Below, piece after piece: positions 49,401-62,900 of a stretch of 64,000 nucleotides of DNA (position 1 is its first letter; each line of letters opens with the position of its first letter). A model generated the notes under the pieces. The model worked only from the letters and a program-made list of their open reading frames with translations. It made no database searches and had not been told where the DNA came from. A program made the translations under genes and the position numbers. This stretch comes from Macrostomum lignano (Eukaryota): the NCBI GenBank assembly GCA_002269645.1, contig NIVC01000121.1, forward strand, positions 186,001 through 250,000, in the 5' to 3' direction.

Positions 49401-49790
49401 TTCGACTTGAAGTGCACTATACGAATGCTAGAGAAAAAACTGGCTGGCTGAATTCTGATTCTGATAAAGATTGCATCACAACAATTTGAAAACACTGTGC
49501 CAAGTTGAAAGACAGAAATTGCGTAACCATATAGCAAACTTTAATTGAGACTGATACTGACTGCCTGCGTATTTAATTATGTCATAGCTGCTTCGTGTGA
49601 CGTTCACTCGAACAGACTTTGTGTTAGTATTCGTGTATTCGTGTAGCGCTCTAGAGATCGAACCAATTGACCAATTTTAATTGCGTTTTTGCCAAAAGAT
49701 TTGTAATTATCTGGAAAGAAGACAGTTAAAATTTCTTGTAGCTGCTTCAATGTTAAAGGTATTAAATATTCGAAAAACGAGTGTTTCTAA
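46445..49790 (+). mobile_element. Head-to-tail array of a non-autonomous Helitron (850-bp period, three complete units plus one degenerate)
   Basis: First unit starts A|TC. Units end with hairpin GCTGGCAGCCAGC plus ...CTAG, and CTAG|TC junctions fall at 47383, 48233 and 49083. The 5' end has TCTA..TATACTAAA, (GTTT)n and CCGATTTTGAT, typical of invertebrate non-autonomous Helitrons. The right boundary is approximate. Confidence 0.8.
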
Positions 49791-52229
49791 TGCTTTTAAT
49801 AGAAGGCCAAGCAAGGTTGAATTCTTGACTGGCTGAATTCCAATTCTAATTATGATTGCGCCACAACTGCGTACTGCATATTCTCGCTGTAAACTGACTC
49901 GGAGCTTTTCAGCTGGAGGCAGTGTGCCATGCATTGCGCAGGCACTCTGGAGGGAGAGCGAAATCAGCCAGTGCATTTTAAAAGTTTTAAAATAAAATAA
50001 TGCTCAGTGGCTGCGTGTGTACATACTTCTGACCTTGGCTGAACGGCTCTGCCGGCACCAAACCTGTGCACACTGAGCAGCCTATCACTGCTATGTATTT
50101 GACCGCAACATCAAAGCATATATGGCTGATTTTTGTGCCCTTCCATCAGTAGGCGGAATAGCCGCAGTGTAGGCACTAGGACTAGGTTTAGGCTAGGCGT
50201 AAGGTCAAAGGTTCGAGTCCGCCTCGCCGGCCGATAATTAAAATTAAATAAATTAGTTCATTTATACCTAGCGCCTCAACTAATTGAATCATTTTTTATT
50301 AATTAGTAAGCCACACTCAATGAATGATTTTTTGCTATTCAACACAAGTTGCTAAAGAAACTTGATTTTGTCAATTTGAATTTGATTTGATTTCAGCCAG
50401 TGCATTTTAAATTTGATTTGTAAAAAAACTGCTAAATGCTGAGCTGCGCAAAAGACTGCCGATATGTATCGAAAATTGATTAGTAAGCCCTACTAAATGC
50501 CGAGCAAATTTTCAGAATACTGAAAGAATCATTGCTGAGAAGACTCATTCATGCAGACTGCAAAGGGAAAAATTGAAAAAAAAAACTGCTGAGGTATTCC
50601 TCCAGACTTATGAGTGTATAGCAGAGCAAGTTGTTGAGGGGATACGAGTAACTGCGGACTGCTGAGTTAAATATTGTAGTTTGCCGATGTCAATGAAAGT
50701 TTAGACAGCAAAGTGGATACTCGTACCTGCAGGCTGCTAAGAGTATGACTGCAGTCTGTTTGTGGGATTAGAAGGGATAGCTAATTTCAGGTTGTTGTGG
50801 GGATAACTGCCGATTTCTGGGGGGGGGGGGTTAACTTCAAAGTGCGAAGTTACTAAACTTCTAGAATAGTAAGGCTTTTAGTAGAAGGTCGGCAGTTCGA
50901 GTCTACATTGAAGCAGCGAATTTATCTTTGTGACAATAATCATTGTTTTCTATGGGAATTCATGCAAATTTTTAACATTTTTTTAATATATACTTTCGCT
51001 GGGGCTACGCTAAGCTTCAAGAGCAGTGCTTATCTGCTGTAAGTGCTAATTTGCAAAGGGTATTGCTAATCTGGGTGAGCAGCGCTAATCGGGGAGAGCA
51101 GTGCTAATCTGACGCATATAATAAAATAATAAATATGTAAGGAGATTAAATTTACCCTGCAAGTTGCAAAAACATTTTAAATGGTTTTGATTATGCAGAA
51201 GCAATATAGCCATATGCAAAGATTAGTGGCCATCTGCTCACTGATTGTGCAAAACAGTGCTGGTGAACCATTGCTAAACTGCTGGTGAAGCATTGCTAAA
51301 CTGCATTGCTAAACTGCTGGTGAACCATTGCTAAACTGCAGAAAGCTATACTGAAATATTGTATTTTTTAATACAAACTTCTTTTAAAGAGAAGAAAACG
51401 CAAAGGCAAGAAAAAGCGAACAAGAATCATCATGTCAATCATAAAAAAGCGCCCTTTCAAAAGTAAAAGTCTGATTGGGAATTGCTAAGACTGTTAAGAC
51501 TGCTAAGACTATTGCTACGAGCATAATGCTGGTATGGGAAATTGCTGTGATATCAAGACTCACGGTAGAATTTATAAGATCTCAAGGCTCAGAAGGAATT
51601 GCTATAATTATGTCATTCTGGGGAGAATTGCTTTGAATTCAAGGTTCATTTTTGAAATTGCTGAAATTATTTGTTGAAATGCAAGTGCCAAGATATCAAA
51701 TGGTTAGTCACTCAATTTTCAGGCTCATGGGGAAATTGCTAACATTTCCAAAGCTCATTGGGGAATTGCTGAAATTCTACTACAGGTTAAGGGTTATGGT
51801 TTTGGTTAAATTATAGAGCGATCGTCGTGACAACCATCAATGATCCATCGAGGAATTGCCAAGATTAAAGGCTCTTGGGGCGAATTATTTAAATGCTTTG
51901 GCTCTACGGGAAATTGCTGACAGGTCAAGGCTTTCGGTGAAATTCAGATTACAAACCTTATGAGGAAGTTACTTTAATGCTGAGGCTCAAGGCTCATAGT
52001 GGAAATTGCTAACATGCCAAGACTCACTTATGGGTAGGTTTGGGGGCTTAGGGTCAGTTTTGGTTCAATCATAGATTAACCGCTGTCAACAATCAATTGA
52101 AGACTTGCTAAGATATCACAGCTCATGGGGGAATAGCTGAGTTATCAAGGCTTATAAAGCGATTGCTGAATTCTTGGGAGAGGGGAGTTGGGTTGTTGGG
52201 ATATCAAGGCTAATTACTGCGTTGGGAGA

Positions 52230-52895
52230 ATTGCTGCAATGTCGAGGCTTAATGGGGGAATTGCTGAGATGTCAAGGCTTTCTGGGAATTGCTAAAATGT
52301 CAAGTCCTACTAGGAATTGCTAAGATTTCTATGCTTACTGAGATGTCAAGGCTTACTGGGGGAATTGCTGAGATCTCAAAACTTACTGGGATAATTTCTG
52401 AGATCTCAGAGCTTACTGGGGGAATTGCTGAGATGTCAAGGCTTACTGAGGGAATTGCTGAGATGTCAAGGCTTACTGGGGGAATTGCTGAGATGTCAAG
52501 GCTTACTGAGGGAATCGCTGAGATCTCAAAACTTACTGGGATAATTTCTGAGATCTCAATGCTTACTGGGGGAATGCTGAGATTTCAAGGCTTACTGGAG
52601 GAATTGCTGAGATGTCAAGGCTTACTGGGGGAATTGCTGAGATGTCAAGGCTTACTGGGGGAATTGCTGAGATCTCAAAACTTACTGGGGGAATGCTGAG
52701 ATTTCAAGGCTTACTGGGGCAATTGCTGAGATGTCAAGGCTTACTGGGGGAATTGCTGAGATGTCAAGGCTTACTGGGGGAATTGCTGAGATGTCAAGGC
52801 TTACTGGGGGAATTGCTGAGATCTCAAGGCTTAGCTACTGGGATAATTTCTGAGATCTCAAGGCTTACTGTGGAAATTGCTGAGACGTCAAGGCT
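52230..52895. repeat. ~30-bp minisatellite (GGGAATTGCTGAGATGTCAAGGCTTACTGG), with a degenerate extension back to ~51470
   Basis: Visible tandem units. Confidence 0.94.
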
Positions 52896-53389
52896 CATGG
52901 ACGATGGCTGAATTTTTTTGGGGGGTGTTAGGTTGTTGGGCGATTGTCAGATAGTCAGGTAGTACGGCTCAAGTAGCTCATGTAATTCAGATAATGAAAA
53001 AGTACACACAAGTGATGCTGATTTCTGCTAATAGGAAATACCAGCGCATTTAATCCTTTGCGCTGGTTTGATCCTTTGATTTAGGCTAATATAGAGAGAG
53101 GGTCAGGGATTTGCATATTGAGCTCCTGCTGCGGATCAGGGTATGCCCCGGCCAGCGACGATATGCACTAAGAGTTTGTGCTTGAAAGGATAAGCACTAT
53201 TTGCTGATTTAGAAAGGGTTTTGGGCTGATGAACGAAACTTTTTTGGCTAATAAAATTCGGATTAATGACAATTTATTTCTGCCAAAATGAGAAAAGGTA
53301 ATTTTTGATTATTGGAAATCAAAATTTTGGATGATTATAGTAAGGTTACTCTTGTGCCAAAGTAAAAACCAATTGGTGTCATTTTCAAG

Positions 53390-53815
53390 GCTCCCCAGCG
53401 GGGGGCTAAATGGCTAGTCCTATATACTAAAAATGAGTTGTCTGTGGGTATGCGATAGATTTCAGAAAAATTGGCTCAACCGATTTTCTTCAAACTTGCA
53501 CCATTCGATCAGAAATTTTCCTGGGACGGTACATGCATCTTGGCTAAGAAATTGCTCAATGTTAAAGGGATTAAATATTCGAAAAACATGCTTTTTTGCA
53601 AAGGTCAAGCAGCTCTTTCGACCTGAAATGCATTGTAAGAATGCTAGAGAAAAAACTGACTGACTGAATTCCGATTGTGATAAAGATTGCATCACAACAA
53701 GTTGAAAACAGTGCCGAAGAAATGCACACACGACTTGATTTAAATTGCGTAACCATATTGCTAACTTAAATTGAGACTGATACTGGCTGACTGAGAAATT
53801 GATTATGTCATAACT
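53390..53815 (+). mobile_element. Diverged relative of the Helitron family, with a hairpin-CTAG|TC junction
   Basis: CCCCAGCGGGGGG hairpin, CTAG at 53414-53417, then TCCTATATACTAAAAATG. 53560-53810 aligns by eye with 46680-46910. Confidence 0.7.
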
Positions 53816-54009
53816 TTTTACTCCAATTGACTTGCTGTAAGAATTGAATTATAAGGGCCACAATTCATGTTCTCCAATTGAAAAGAGATAGCCCTGATGC
53901 GAACAGACTGGAATGCTAATGTAGCGACCTGGGTTCGAATCTTAGTAGTGCAAAAAGATTTTTTTTATTAAAACACCTTAAAAACACAACAAAACTGCTA
54001 AACATCAAA

Positions 54010-55705
54010 GAAGCGCAATGTCAAACATAGAAGAGCCAACATATCGAACATAAGAGTTAGCATGTCAAACATAAAAGAGCTACCATGTCGAACATTAAAG
54101 AGCCACCATGTCAAACATTTAAGAGCCACCATGTCAAACATAAAAGAGCCACCATTTCGAACATTAAAGAGCCACCATTTCGAACATTAAAGAGCCACCA
54201 TTTCGAACATTAAAGAGCCACCATTTTGAACATTAAAGAGCCACTATGTCAAACAATTAAGAGCCACCATGTCAAACATAAAAGAGCCACTTTGTCGAAC
54301 ATTAAAGAGCCACCATGTCAAACATAAAAGAGCCAACATGTCAGACATTAAAAAGCCACCGTATCAAACATAAAAGAGTTACCATGTAGAACAAAAAAGA
54401 TCCACCATGTCGAACATAAAAGAGCCACCATGTCAAACATAAAGAGCCACCATGTCAAACATTTAGGAGCCACCATGTCAAACATATATGTGACTTTATG
54501 TCAAATATTAAAGAGCCACCATGTGAAACATTAAAGAGCCACCATATCAAACATTTAAGAGCCACCATGTCAAACCTAAAAGAGCCACCATGTCGAACAT
54601 AAAAGAGCCACCATTTCGAACATTGAAGAGCCACCATTTCGAACATTAAAGAGCCACCATGTCAAACAATTAAAAGCCAGCATGTCAAACATAAAAGAGC
54701 CACTTTGTCGAACACTAAAGAGCCACCATGTCAAACATAAAAGAGACAACATGTCAGACATTAAAAAGCCACCGTATCAAACATAAAAGAGTTACCATGT
54801 AGAACATTAAAGAGCCACCATGTCGAAAATTAAAGAGCCACCATGTAAAATATTAAAGAGCCACCATGAAGAACATTAAAGAGCCACCATGTCAAACATT
54901 TAGAAGCCACCATGTCAAAGATTTAAGAGCCACCATGTCAAACATTTAAGAGCCACCATGTCAAAGATTTAAGAGCCACCATTTCAAACATTGAAGAGCC
55001 ACCATTTCGAACATTGAAGAGCCACCATTTCGAACATTAAAGAGCCACCATGTCAAACATATATGTGACTTTATGTCAAACATTAAAGAGCCACCATTTC
55101 GAACATTAAAGAGCCACCATTTCGAACATTAAAGAGCCACCATGTCGAACATTAAAGAGCCACCATGTCAAACATTAAAGATCCACCATGTAAAACATTA
55201 AAGAGCCACCGTGTTTAACAGTAAAGAGCCACCATGTCGTACATTAAAGAGCCACCATATCGAACATTAAAGAGCCACCATGTCAAACATTAAAGAGCCG
55301 CCATGTCAAAACATAAAAGTGCCATCATGTGAAACCTAAAAGAGCCACCATGTCTAACATAAAAGAGCCACCATATCGAACATTAAAGAGCCACCATGTC
55401 AAACATTATAGAGCCATTATGTCAAACCTAAAAGAGCCACCATGTCTAACAGTAAAGAGCCACCATGTCGAACATTAAAGGGCCACCATGTAGAACATTA
55501 AAGAGCCACCATGTCGAACATTAAAGAACCACCATGTCAAACATTAAAGAACCACCATGTCGAACATTAAAGAGCCACCATGTCAAAAATAGAAGAGCCA
55601 CCATGTCAAAAATAGAAGAGCCACCACGTCAAACATAGAAGAGCCACCATGTCTAACAGTAAAAAGCCAGCATGTCGAACATTAAAGAGCCACCATGTCA
55701 AACAT
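54010..55705. repeat. ~22-bp minisatellite (AAAGAGCCACCATGTCAAACAT)
   Basis: Visible, heterogeneous tandem units. Confidence 0.96.
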
Positions 55706-55847
55706 AAGAGACGCAATTTCAAACGTAAAAAGAAGCGTCATGCCAATCACAAAGGAGCCATTATAAAGCTAAGGAAATTGTTGCACTTGCTACTTATTGT
55801 CCAGTGGATGCTTGCTATTTAGTATAGGATCAATACTTGCTATCAAT

Positions 55848-56005
55848 TGGTTGCTTGCTATCTGGGGTGCTTGCTATCTGGGGGTGCTTGCTATCTGGGG
55901 TGCTCGCTATCTGGGGGTGCTTGCTATCTGGGGGTGCTTGCTATCTGGGGGTGCTTGCTATCTGGGGGTGCTTGCTATCTGGTGGTGCTTGCTATCTGGG
56001 GGGAT
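55848..56005. repeat. 17-18-bp minisatellite (GCTTGCTATCTGGGGGT)
   Basis: About nine tandem units. Confidence 0.92.
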
Positions 56006-56120
56006 GCTTGCTGTCTTAGGATGTTTTCTTTTTGCATTGCACTTCATCTGAGCAGTTTTTCTATTGACTATGTGAAGGCTTTGTTTGGCCATCTTATTGA
56101 TACTTGTAGAGAACAGAGAT

Positions 56121-56290
56121 TCTATCTAGATGTCCCCCATCGGGGGTCGAAGATTGCTAGTCCATATACTAAAAATGGTTTGTCTGTGTGTGTATATCTA
56201 TGTGATCGATTAGAGAAATGGTTTGTCTGTGTGTGTATATCTATGTGATCGATTAGAGAAAGAACGACTCAACCGATTTTTTGTTTTTGT
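56121..56290 (+). mobile_element. Helitron junction fragment
   Basis: CCCCCATCGGGGG hairpin, CTAG ending at 56160, then TCCATATACTAAAAATGG...CAACCGATTTT. Confidence 0.6.
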
Positions 56291-57399
56291 TTTTTGTTTG
56301 CAGATTGCAAATCGAAGGCATGCATGTATGGATGAAGGAATACTTCCTTCCTTCGGCCATACTTCATTCATGCATGCATGTCACTTCTAAATTCTCCAAA
56401 TTAGCCCAGGAAGGTGTTTCACAAATCGAATCAATTTTAACTTCCATAAATTCCATGCCAGCTGAGAGTGAGCTTTCTGGGTGGGGATACGGTTTGGAGT
56501 AGGATTGGCCAAAGACAAACCACCGTATGGAAGAAGTTTAAGTTATTTTGAGCATAAATGAGGAGTTCAACCATCGATAGAACTGATAATATGAGCGATA
56601 TCAAATATCCATTGGATTAGATGCTGTACGAGTTAGGACACCTCGACGTTATGTGTCCCATAGTTGAGACCGACATTATGGGGTTTTACTCTTAGTTGAA
56701 TCATTTCTCTCTTTGAGTCGCGCCTAACTTGGATCCCAGCCAGAATTTTGTGAAACACCTAAATGCTAACCTCGGGCCTAAGTTGGAACCTAGGAGCGTA
56801 GATTGCACCTAAATTTAGCTTTTCTGATGGCAGTGTAAAAAAAGACTCACGTGCGTGCAATGGACAGCAGAGCTGATGCTAAAACGATAAGAATAACCTT
56901 AACTGAGAGCATCCTCCATCGTCTCATGATGGGGATTTCAGTACCAAATTTTGCCGCAGAATTCCGCAAGAAGCATCGTGAAAAAACCGCATCTGGATGA
57001 TGAAGCGAGTTAAGATTGATCTTAGACGGATGTAAAAAATAATAGACTACGAGCTTTATTAGGTGTAACTACGCTCAAGGTTTTGAAACTCTTACCTTGA
57101 TATCCTGCTTTGGTTCGATCAGTAAAGGTTGCGTCTTTATTGTAGGATATTGCAACTGCGAGGCCTTCTGGGCTGCGCTGACCCAACAGCAGATCCTGGT
57201 TGCTTTCTTGGGCTTCTGGAAGGTCGCTGACTCTGATTGTTTACTATCGATGATTTTTCGCCATGCTGGATAACAACAAAAAAATACATTGTCAGCCAAT
57301 CAAATGTCACAGGGCGTGTTTCAAGGCCCGGGTGCGAACGTAGACCGCCCCTCCGGCAGTGTCCGAGACGCCGGCATCAGCCAGCAGGCAGTCAACGAA

Positions 57400-57720
57400 A
57401 CGCCGAGTGCTTACCGACGGCGAGCTGCAGGTAGGGTGCCTGCAGCGTCAGGAGCAGCACCTCCTGCACCGACTGTGGGCAGTACGACTCGGCTCGGATA
57501 ATATGGCCTGCCAGCTGGAGTCGCCGAGGGCGCAGGGACGGAACAGGCCGGTGCGGTGACTCGCTCGTAGCCCATCTTGAAGGCGGCGCGCAGCAGGCCA
57601 GCGTGTGCCACATCGACCTGCTGTTCGAGCGATTCTGTCAGCGTCCAGGTCTCGTCGTTGTGCAACCGGACGGTCTCGATCACCGCCTGGAACAACGCCG
57701 CCCTATTAGCGGTTAGACAG
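57400..57720 (-). mobile_element. Decayed non-LTR retrotransposon, post-RT C-terminal region (RTE-like)
   Basis: Minus-strand frames give FQAVIETVRLHNDETWTLTESLEQQVD...LLRAAF and RRLQLAGHIIR. These match the conserved 'ETWTL ... RRL.LAGH' stretch downstream of LINE RT domains; frameshifted. Confidence 0.7.
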
Positions 57721-58560
57721 GACCTCGGACTGCAGGACTGACCTCACGGAACGGAAGGCAGCTCAGGCAAGTCCACGGCGACGTCACAGATCCTCGCGAA
57801 CGTCAGGCACCAGACCACCGAGGTAGACAAACAGCTGACAGAGACTGCTGGAGCGCGTCACGAAAAAACGTATTTTAAGACCTACGCCCTGCCTAACAAG
57901 TTCCGATTGACGCCTAAAATATGACAGGTCGAACGGGGCACTTGTAAAACCGCAATCTTATCAAAGCGAAACTTCAAATGCGAGTAAAACTTTGAGGATA
58001 TAAAATAGTAACTTCTGCGTTTATAAGCACAATAAACGTAAAAGCACGCCATAAGACAAAAAATAGGACATATTAGATGATAGATTCACAATAAACGCAA
58101 AAACTTTACCTGAAGTTGCAAGAAAAATCATATTTCTCGTAACAGTTCATAACGATAACTTGCATAAAAAAGTCGCAAAAATTCTACAAAGACAGATACG
58201 AGCTGAATAAGACAGAAACATGACCGATAAACTTAATCTGTGCTAAAAGAATTCGTCACTCATTCCGACCTCAGCATTACCCAAAATACTGAAAAAGTCA
58301 CGAACCGATTCCACGTTCGAACGCGAATAAAAAAAATCGAAAATAAGCTAAAACCAGGTAATTGGGTGTCGGAATTCGGCAGAGATCTCTGATACTAAGT
58401 TGAGAATGCTGCTTCGCTATCTGCAAAACCGCTTTGGTCAGCGCAGACCATGTCGCAAGTTCCCACGACGATAATAAATTTCAAAATCTATATGAAGGCT
58501 CCGACTCAAGCTGCTTGAAGTTGGTAACTCGAAGTCCAAAAAGAAACAGCAAGCCAAAAA

Positions 58561-59385
58561 ATGTTTCGCGTCGTCTTGTTCAGCTGTCTGGTGGCGTTCG
58601 CCTACGCCCAATGTGGCTGCTCGCCTTCGGTAAGAGAAATTTTATTTGGCAAATTTTAATAACAACTTTAAGAAACCATAGAAACTTATTTGTATTCAGC
58701 GACTCTGAAATTTCTCCTTTAGATGATCAGCGACGAGAACGGTCTGCCCAAGGCTGACCCCGAGACCGGTCTGTACGAAGGCGACATGCGGCTCACCAGC
58801 AACAACTTCCTCGAACTGCTGGGCCTGAGGAACACCGTCAGAAACCTGTGGACCACTAAGATCGTGCCCTACACCGTCGTCTCTGGCAATCCGAGCGCCG
58901 TCGACAGCGCTCTGGCCTCGCTGCAGTCTCGTCTTAGCAACTGCATCCGCTTCAAGAGGCGCGGCAGCGAAAGGGACTACATCGAGGTGTTCAGCGGCTC
59001 CGGCTGCTGGTCTTACGTCGGCAGGACTGGTGGCAAGCAGCAGATGTCCCTGCAGTCAAATGGTTGCTACTCCGTCGGAACCATCCAGCACGAGTTCATC
59101 CACGCCATTGGTTTGTTCCACGAGCAGAGCAGGTCCGACCGTGACAGATACGTTACCGTCCACTGGGGTAACATCAACAACAAGCAGTGCCACAACTTCT
59201 ATAAGCAGGGCTCCCTGCCGTCCGGATTCCCGGCTTACGATTACAAGTCAGTTATGCACTACAGCAGTGGCGCTTTCTCCTGCAATGGCCGCAGCACTCT
59301 CACCACTCGCAGCGGTGGCAGCGTTGGTGGCAGCTCCCTTACCAGCCTGGACGTCGCCAAGATCCGCGCCCTCTACAGGTGCTAG
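58561..59385 (+). CDS. Secreted astacin-family (M12A) zinc metalloprotease, copy 2; join(58561-58629, 58723-59385), 243 aa
   Basis: Same structure and motifs as copy 1 (MFRVVLFSCLVAFAYAQCGCSPS|gtaag; HEFIHAIGLFHEQSRSDRD; SVMHY). AATAAA at 59452. Confidence 0.95.
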
Positions 59386-59739
59386 ATATGCTGTTTGAAA
59401 CCTGTGTTGATGCTCTCTAAATGCGCTTCTGGTGACTGATAGAAAGTGTGAAATAAAATATTTTTAGAGTTCCTAACAATTATTCTCTAAGGCGTTTGTT
59501 TCTTTATTTCATTTTTGGATATATGCATTGGGTATTGGGGCCAACATTCTGAGCCAACATTCTGAGATATACATGCAGTGTAATGTTGTTGCGTCATTCG
59601 GCGTCCCTCTCTCTCCTTTTCTCTCTCTCCTCCTCACTCTAGTGAGAATGTGGGTCAAACTGGGGTTTAGGGACATAAGCCTCACCTTGGCCTGGCCTAC
59701 GCTCTGCACACTCCCCTCCCAATTCGCGCTTGCGCCCTA

Positions 59740-59999
59740 GGGCCTTTTCATATTACCAATTCCAGAACCAGAATCGGTTCGGAATTCCAAGAAAAACAGC
59801 AGTATAACTATTAAACTCTGTTAATATTTGACTGCCTTAACAACCTAACTTAGCACAATTTTTCATTTTCTTCTTGGCGATTGTCATTCAATAATAAAAA
59901 CTTTATAGCACGTATCTCCCTCTAGTTATGGAGACAAAAAGTTATACTTCACAAATTGGTTCTGGTTCTGGAACCAGAACAAGCAATATGAAAAGGCCC
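59740..59999. mobile_element. 260-bp MITE, PIF/Harbinger (Tourist)-like
   Basis: 15-bp TIR GGGCCTTTTCATATT / AATATGAAAAGGCCC with a 3-bp direct duplication CTA (59737-59739 and 60000-60002). Confidence 0.8.
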
Positions 60000-62900
60000 C
60001 TACCCGTTTTCCTCTCTGCCCTGAGCCCTTCCCCTTCGGCGGCTTGTGATTGGCTGGCTGGTGGAGTGGTGGTGTCGTAGCTGTCCCTCTTCCCCCAAAC
60101 CCTCCTAAAATTCCTGTTTTTCCATCACGCTCTATTTATCTTGCCCTAGTGTGACTACGAAAGCAGTGCAGTAAACCCAATTAAATACGTTGTAGTGGCT
60201 AGTAGACCGCAGGCAGTTGCGCACTTCTGTGGCGACCAAATTTCTGTCTGGGAGTCCTCTCTCTCCTCGGTGCGCCGCGCGTGGAACAGCTGGGAACTCT
60301 AACAGCAGAGAGACTCCGTTGCCATTTGAGTTTTTCGCCAGCTCGGGCTCTGGGCACAGCTGTGATCTCTCACAGCATGAGCTGAGAGCTTGGGGGCGAC
60401 CTGGGCTGTTCACGGACTACTAATAGTGCAGTACAATTTTAGTGTAGGAAATCGCGCACACCCTATCCATTCCACATCTATACAGCAAAATGCAAAAAGC
60501 CTGAAAAAGAATCGAATGGGACAAATCCAGTATTGTCGTCCGCACAATAGAGGATGCTTTTTTCATTTTTTCTCTCTCGCCGCATATCTCTGTTTCGCGC
60601 GAATCAATGATCGCAGAGGAGACGGTAAGGAATTCCCATAAGAAGCTAAATGCTTGTCGCGGCAAAGGCATGACTTTATTTCTCCGTCCGCTTTGGGTGC
60701 GGCTATGCGGGCTCAAGTTGCTTGCTTCCTTGTAGATGAGGATTTAGGGATCAGTCGCTAAACCCGACAAAGGAGGTTCGGAGGGGGGGGGCGGACTGTG
60801 CACACCGGATCTCGCTGCAAGACAACCGATTGCTTTCATCTGCTCAGCAAAAAATGCTTCTGTTGTCATGCAATCCGTGTGTTGTTCATAAGCACCAGTA
60901 TAAACAATATAATATAGGCTTAGCCATTCTTCTTAGCTAAAAGAAGGCCTCACTATTGTGTGTGGGTGGGTGGAAGAACAGTCAGGTTCAGTGCTTACTT
61001 AGAATAAGCAAAGGTAACAAAATAATCAAATTTTATCAATACTTGTGAAACGACAAATTATTGCAATCGCACTTTTTTCAGTATGTCAGCTTTTTGCATC
61101 ATGAGAGCTTATAGCACAAGGAACTATTTTTCGGTTCGGGTACCCAGAGTATTCTTAACCAATGAAGCCTTAGAATGTATGTCGATAAACCTCTCATCGT
61201 GTCACGCAATTTAGCTGTTCAATTTCTTGTAATGTTTTCTTTTGAGCTCGAATATTTATTTACAGATGTCGAACTCACAGCTATCTTAGTCCTGAGCAGC
61301 AAAGCTCAAAGGCTCGTATTTTTTGACCTGGTATAATAGAGCAATATCTCATCTACAGGTTAGTTTTGTTTCTATGCGTTAGCCCCGCGTATCCAATCAT
61401 AGAATGACTTTATAGCTTCCATCCAGGCAGAAGCCCCCCTCATATGTATGCATCCAGCAAGATTATATAGATCAGGAACGCTAGAACAACTTCTCGACCC
61501 TCAAACCACCCACCCAATCGTGAGATTCCCTACGTCCCAAGCTCCTCGCTCAACCGTTCCACGACCAACCGGCACGCAGTCAGGCTAAAGACTTTTTTGA
61601 CATTAGCCAAATACGTGTAACTGTGGTGCACCAGAGGCGCTGGCAGTATACATACACTTCTAAAAAGTTCACTTCTCAACACTTTTTTTAAAATCCGATT
61701 TTTTTTACAATAAGTTTTAGAATGAAAAACTTTATTTTAATACGCGTGACTGCTGCCTTATTTGCAGTTGGTAAGTAAAGTTCACGCACTTGATGGTTTA
61801 TGTTGTTTATTTTTGAAATAAGCATCAAATAGGCGAATCTTCTAGACGAAAAGCTAACAATGGGAATAACGAAACGCTGTAATTGAACTGGTTTTGCCTC
61901 TGATTGTTGTGTAGTTCTCGTACTTGAAACTTCACGTAGAGTTCTGTAGGCAGCTTGCAGTCGATCGTGTTGCTTCAGTGTTATCATGAGCCGTAGGTTG
62001 GGAAGCAGGAAGATATAATACGGTAGTTACGTGTACTCTTACGAGCGATGCGTGCAAAAGAGCGACATGGTTATCTCTTTGATTGGAAGAGCAGGAAGAG
62101 GTCTATCCTGACTCTCTGTCACCATCTATTCTAAACTATAACGAAGCAATTGTTACAAAAAAGGCCCTTCTCAACCTCAGAGCAAGTCTAATCTGTTAAG
62201 TGGACTGAAAATCAATGAGACGAGGGCAAGACTAAAAAAGGACATTCAAGCTAGACATCCTGTCGCTTCATCAATGCATTGAAGATGAAAAGTAATTTAT
62301 GAGAGAGGTTAGCAGGACCTCTGTGCCAACAGATATGACCAAATTAGTTCTATAATAATATCCAAAGCAGGCTCACTAATCCAATTTGGCTATCTGCCTC
62401 TCCGTTCCTGATTCCCACCGTATTTGCTAACTACATGGCAAATTCCGCCGTCTCATCTTGTAATAATAATTTGACCCCAGCCGTAAGAGAAGCATTGGCA
62501 AACAGAGTTGCAGGCTGAAGCACTTCTTTCTGACTTCTAACTTGGCTTGGCATTCATTTACTTTTGTTATACTTGGTTCTTATCAGCAAATCAATCACTC
62601 CATCATCTATTTATGGTTATTAGCAAACAATATTTTACCGATTTGCCCAATTCTTTACCAAACTGCAACTCCCTAACAGTAAGTGCAATATCTGACACTG
62701 CAAATGTCCTGCATGTGAAGTTCAGGTGGGGAGTGTTAGTCGATAAAACCTGTGCTTTAGCAGATGCTATTAGTCTTGGCTAGTACAGATGTATACAATT
62801 GGGCTTTAAGTAACATCTGTCTTCAGGGCCATCATCGACTGGCTTTCTGCTAATTTTATGCTTAATTTGACTGCTAGAAATACCATATCTGTACGAGATA

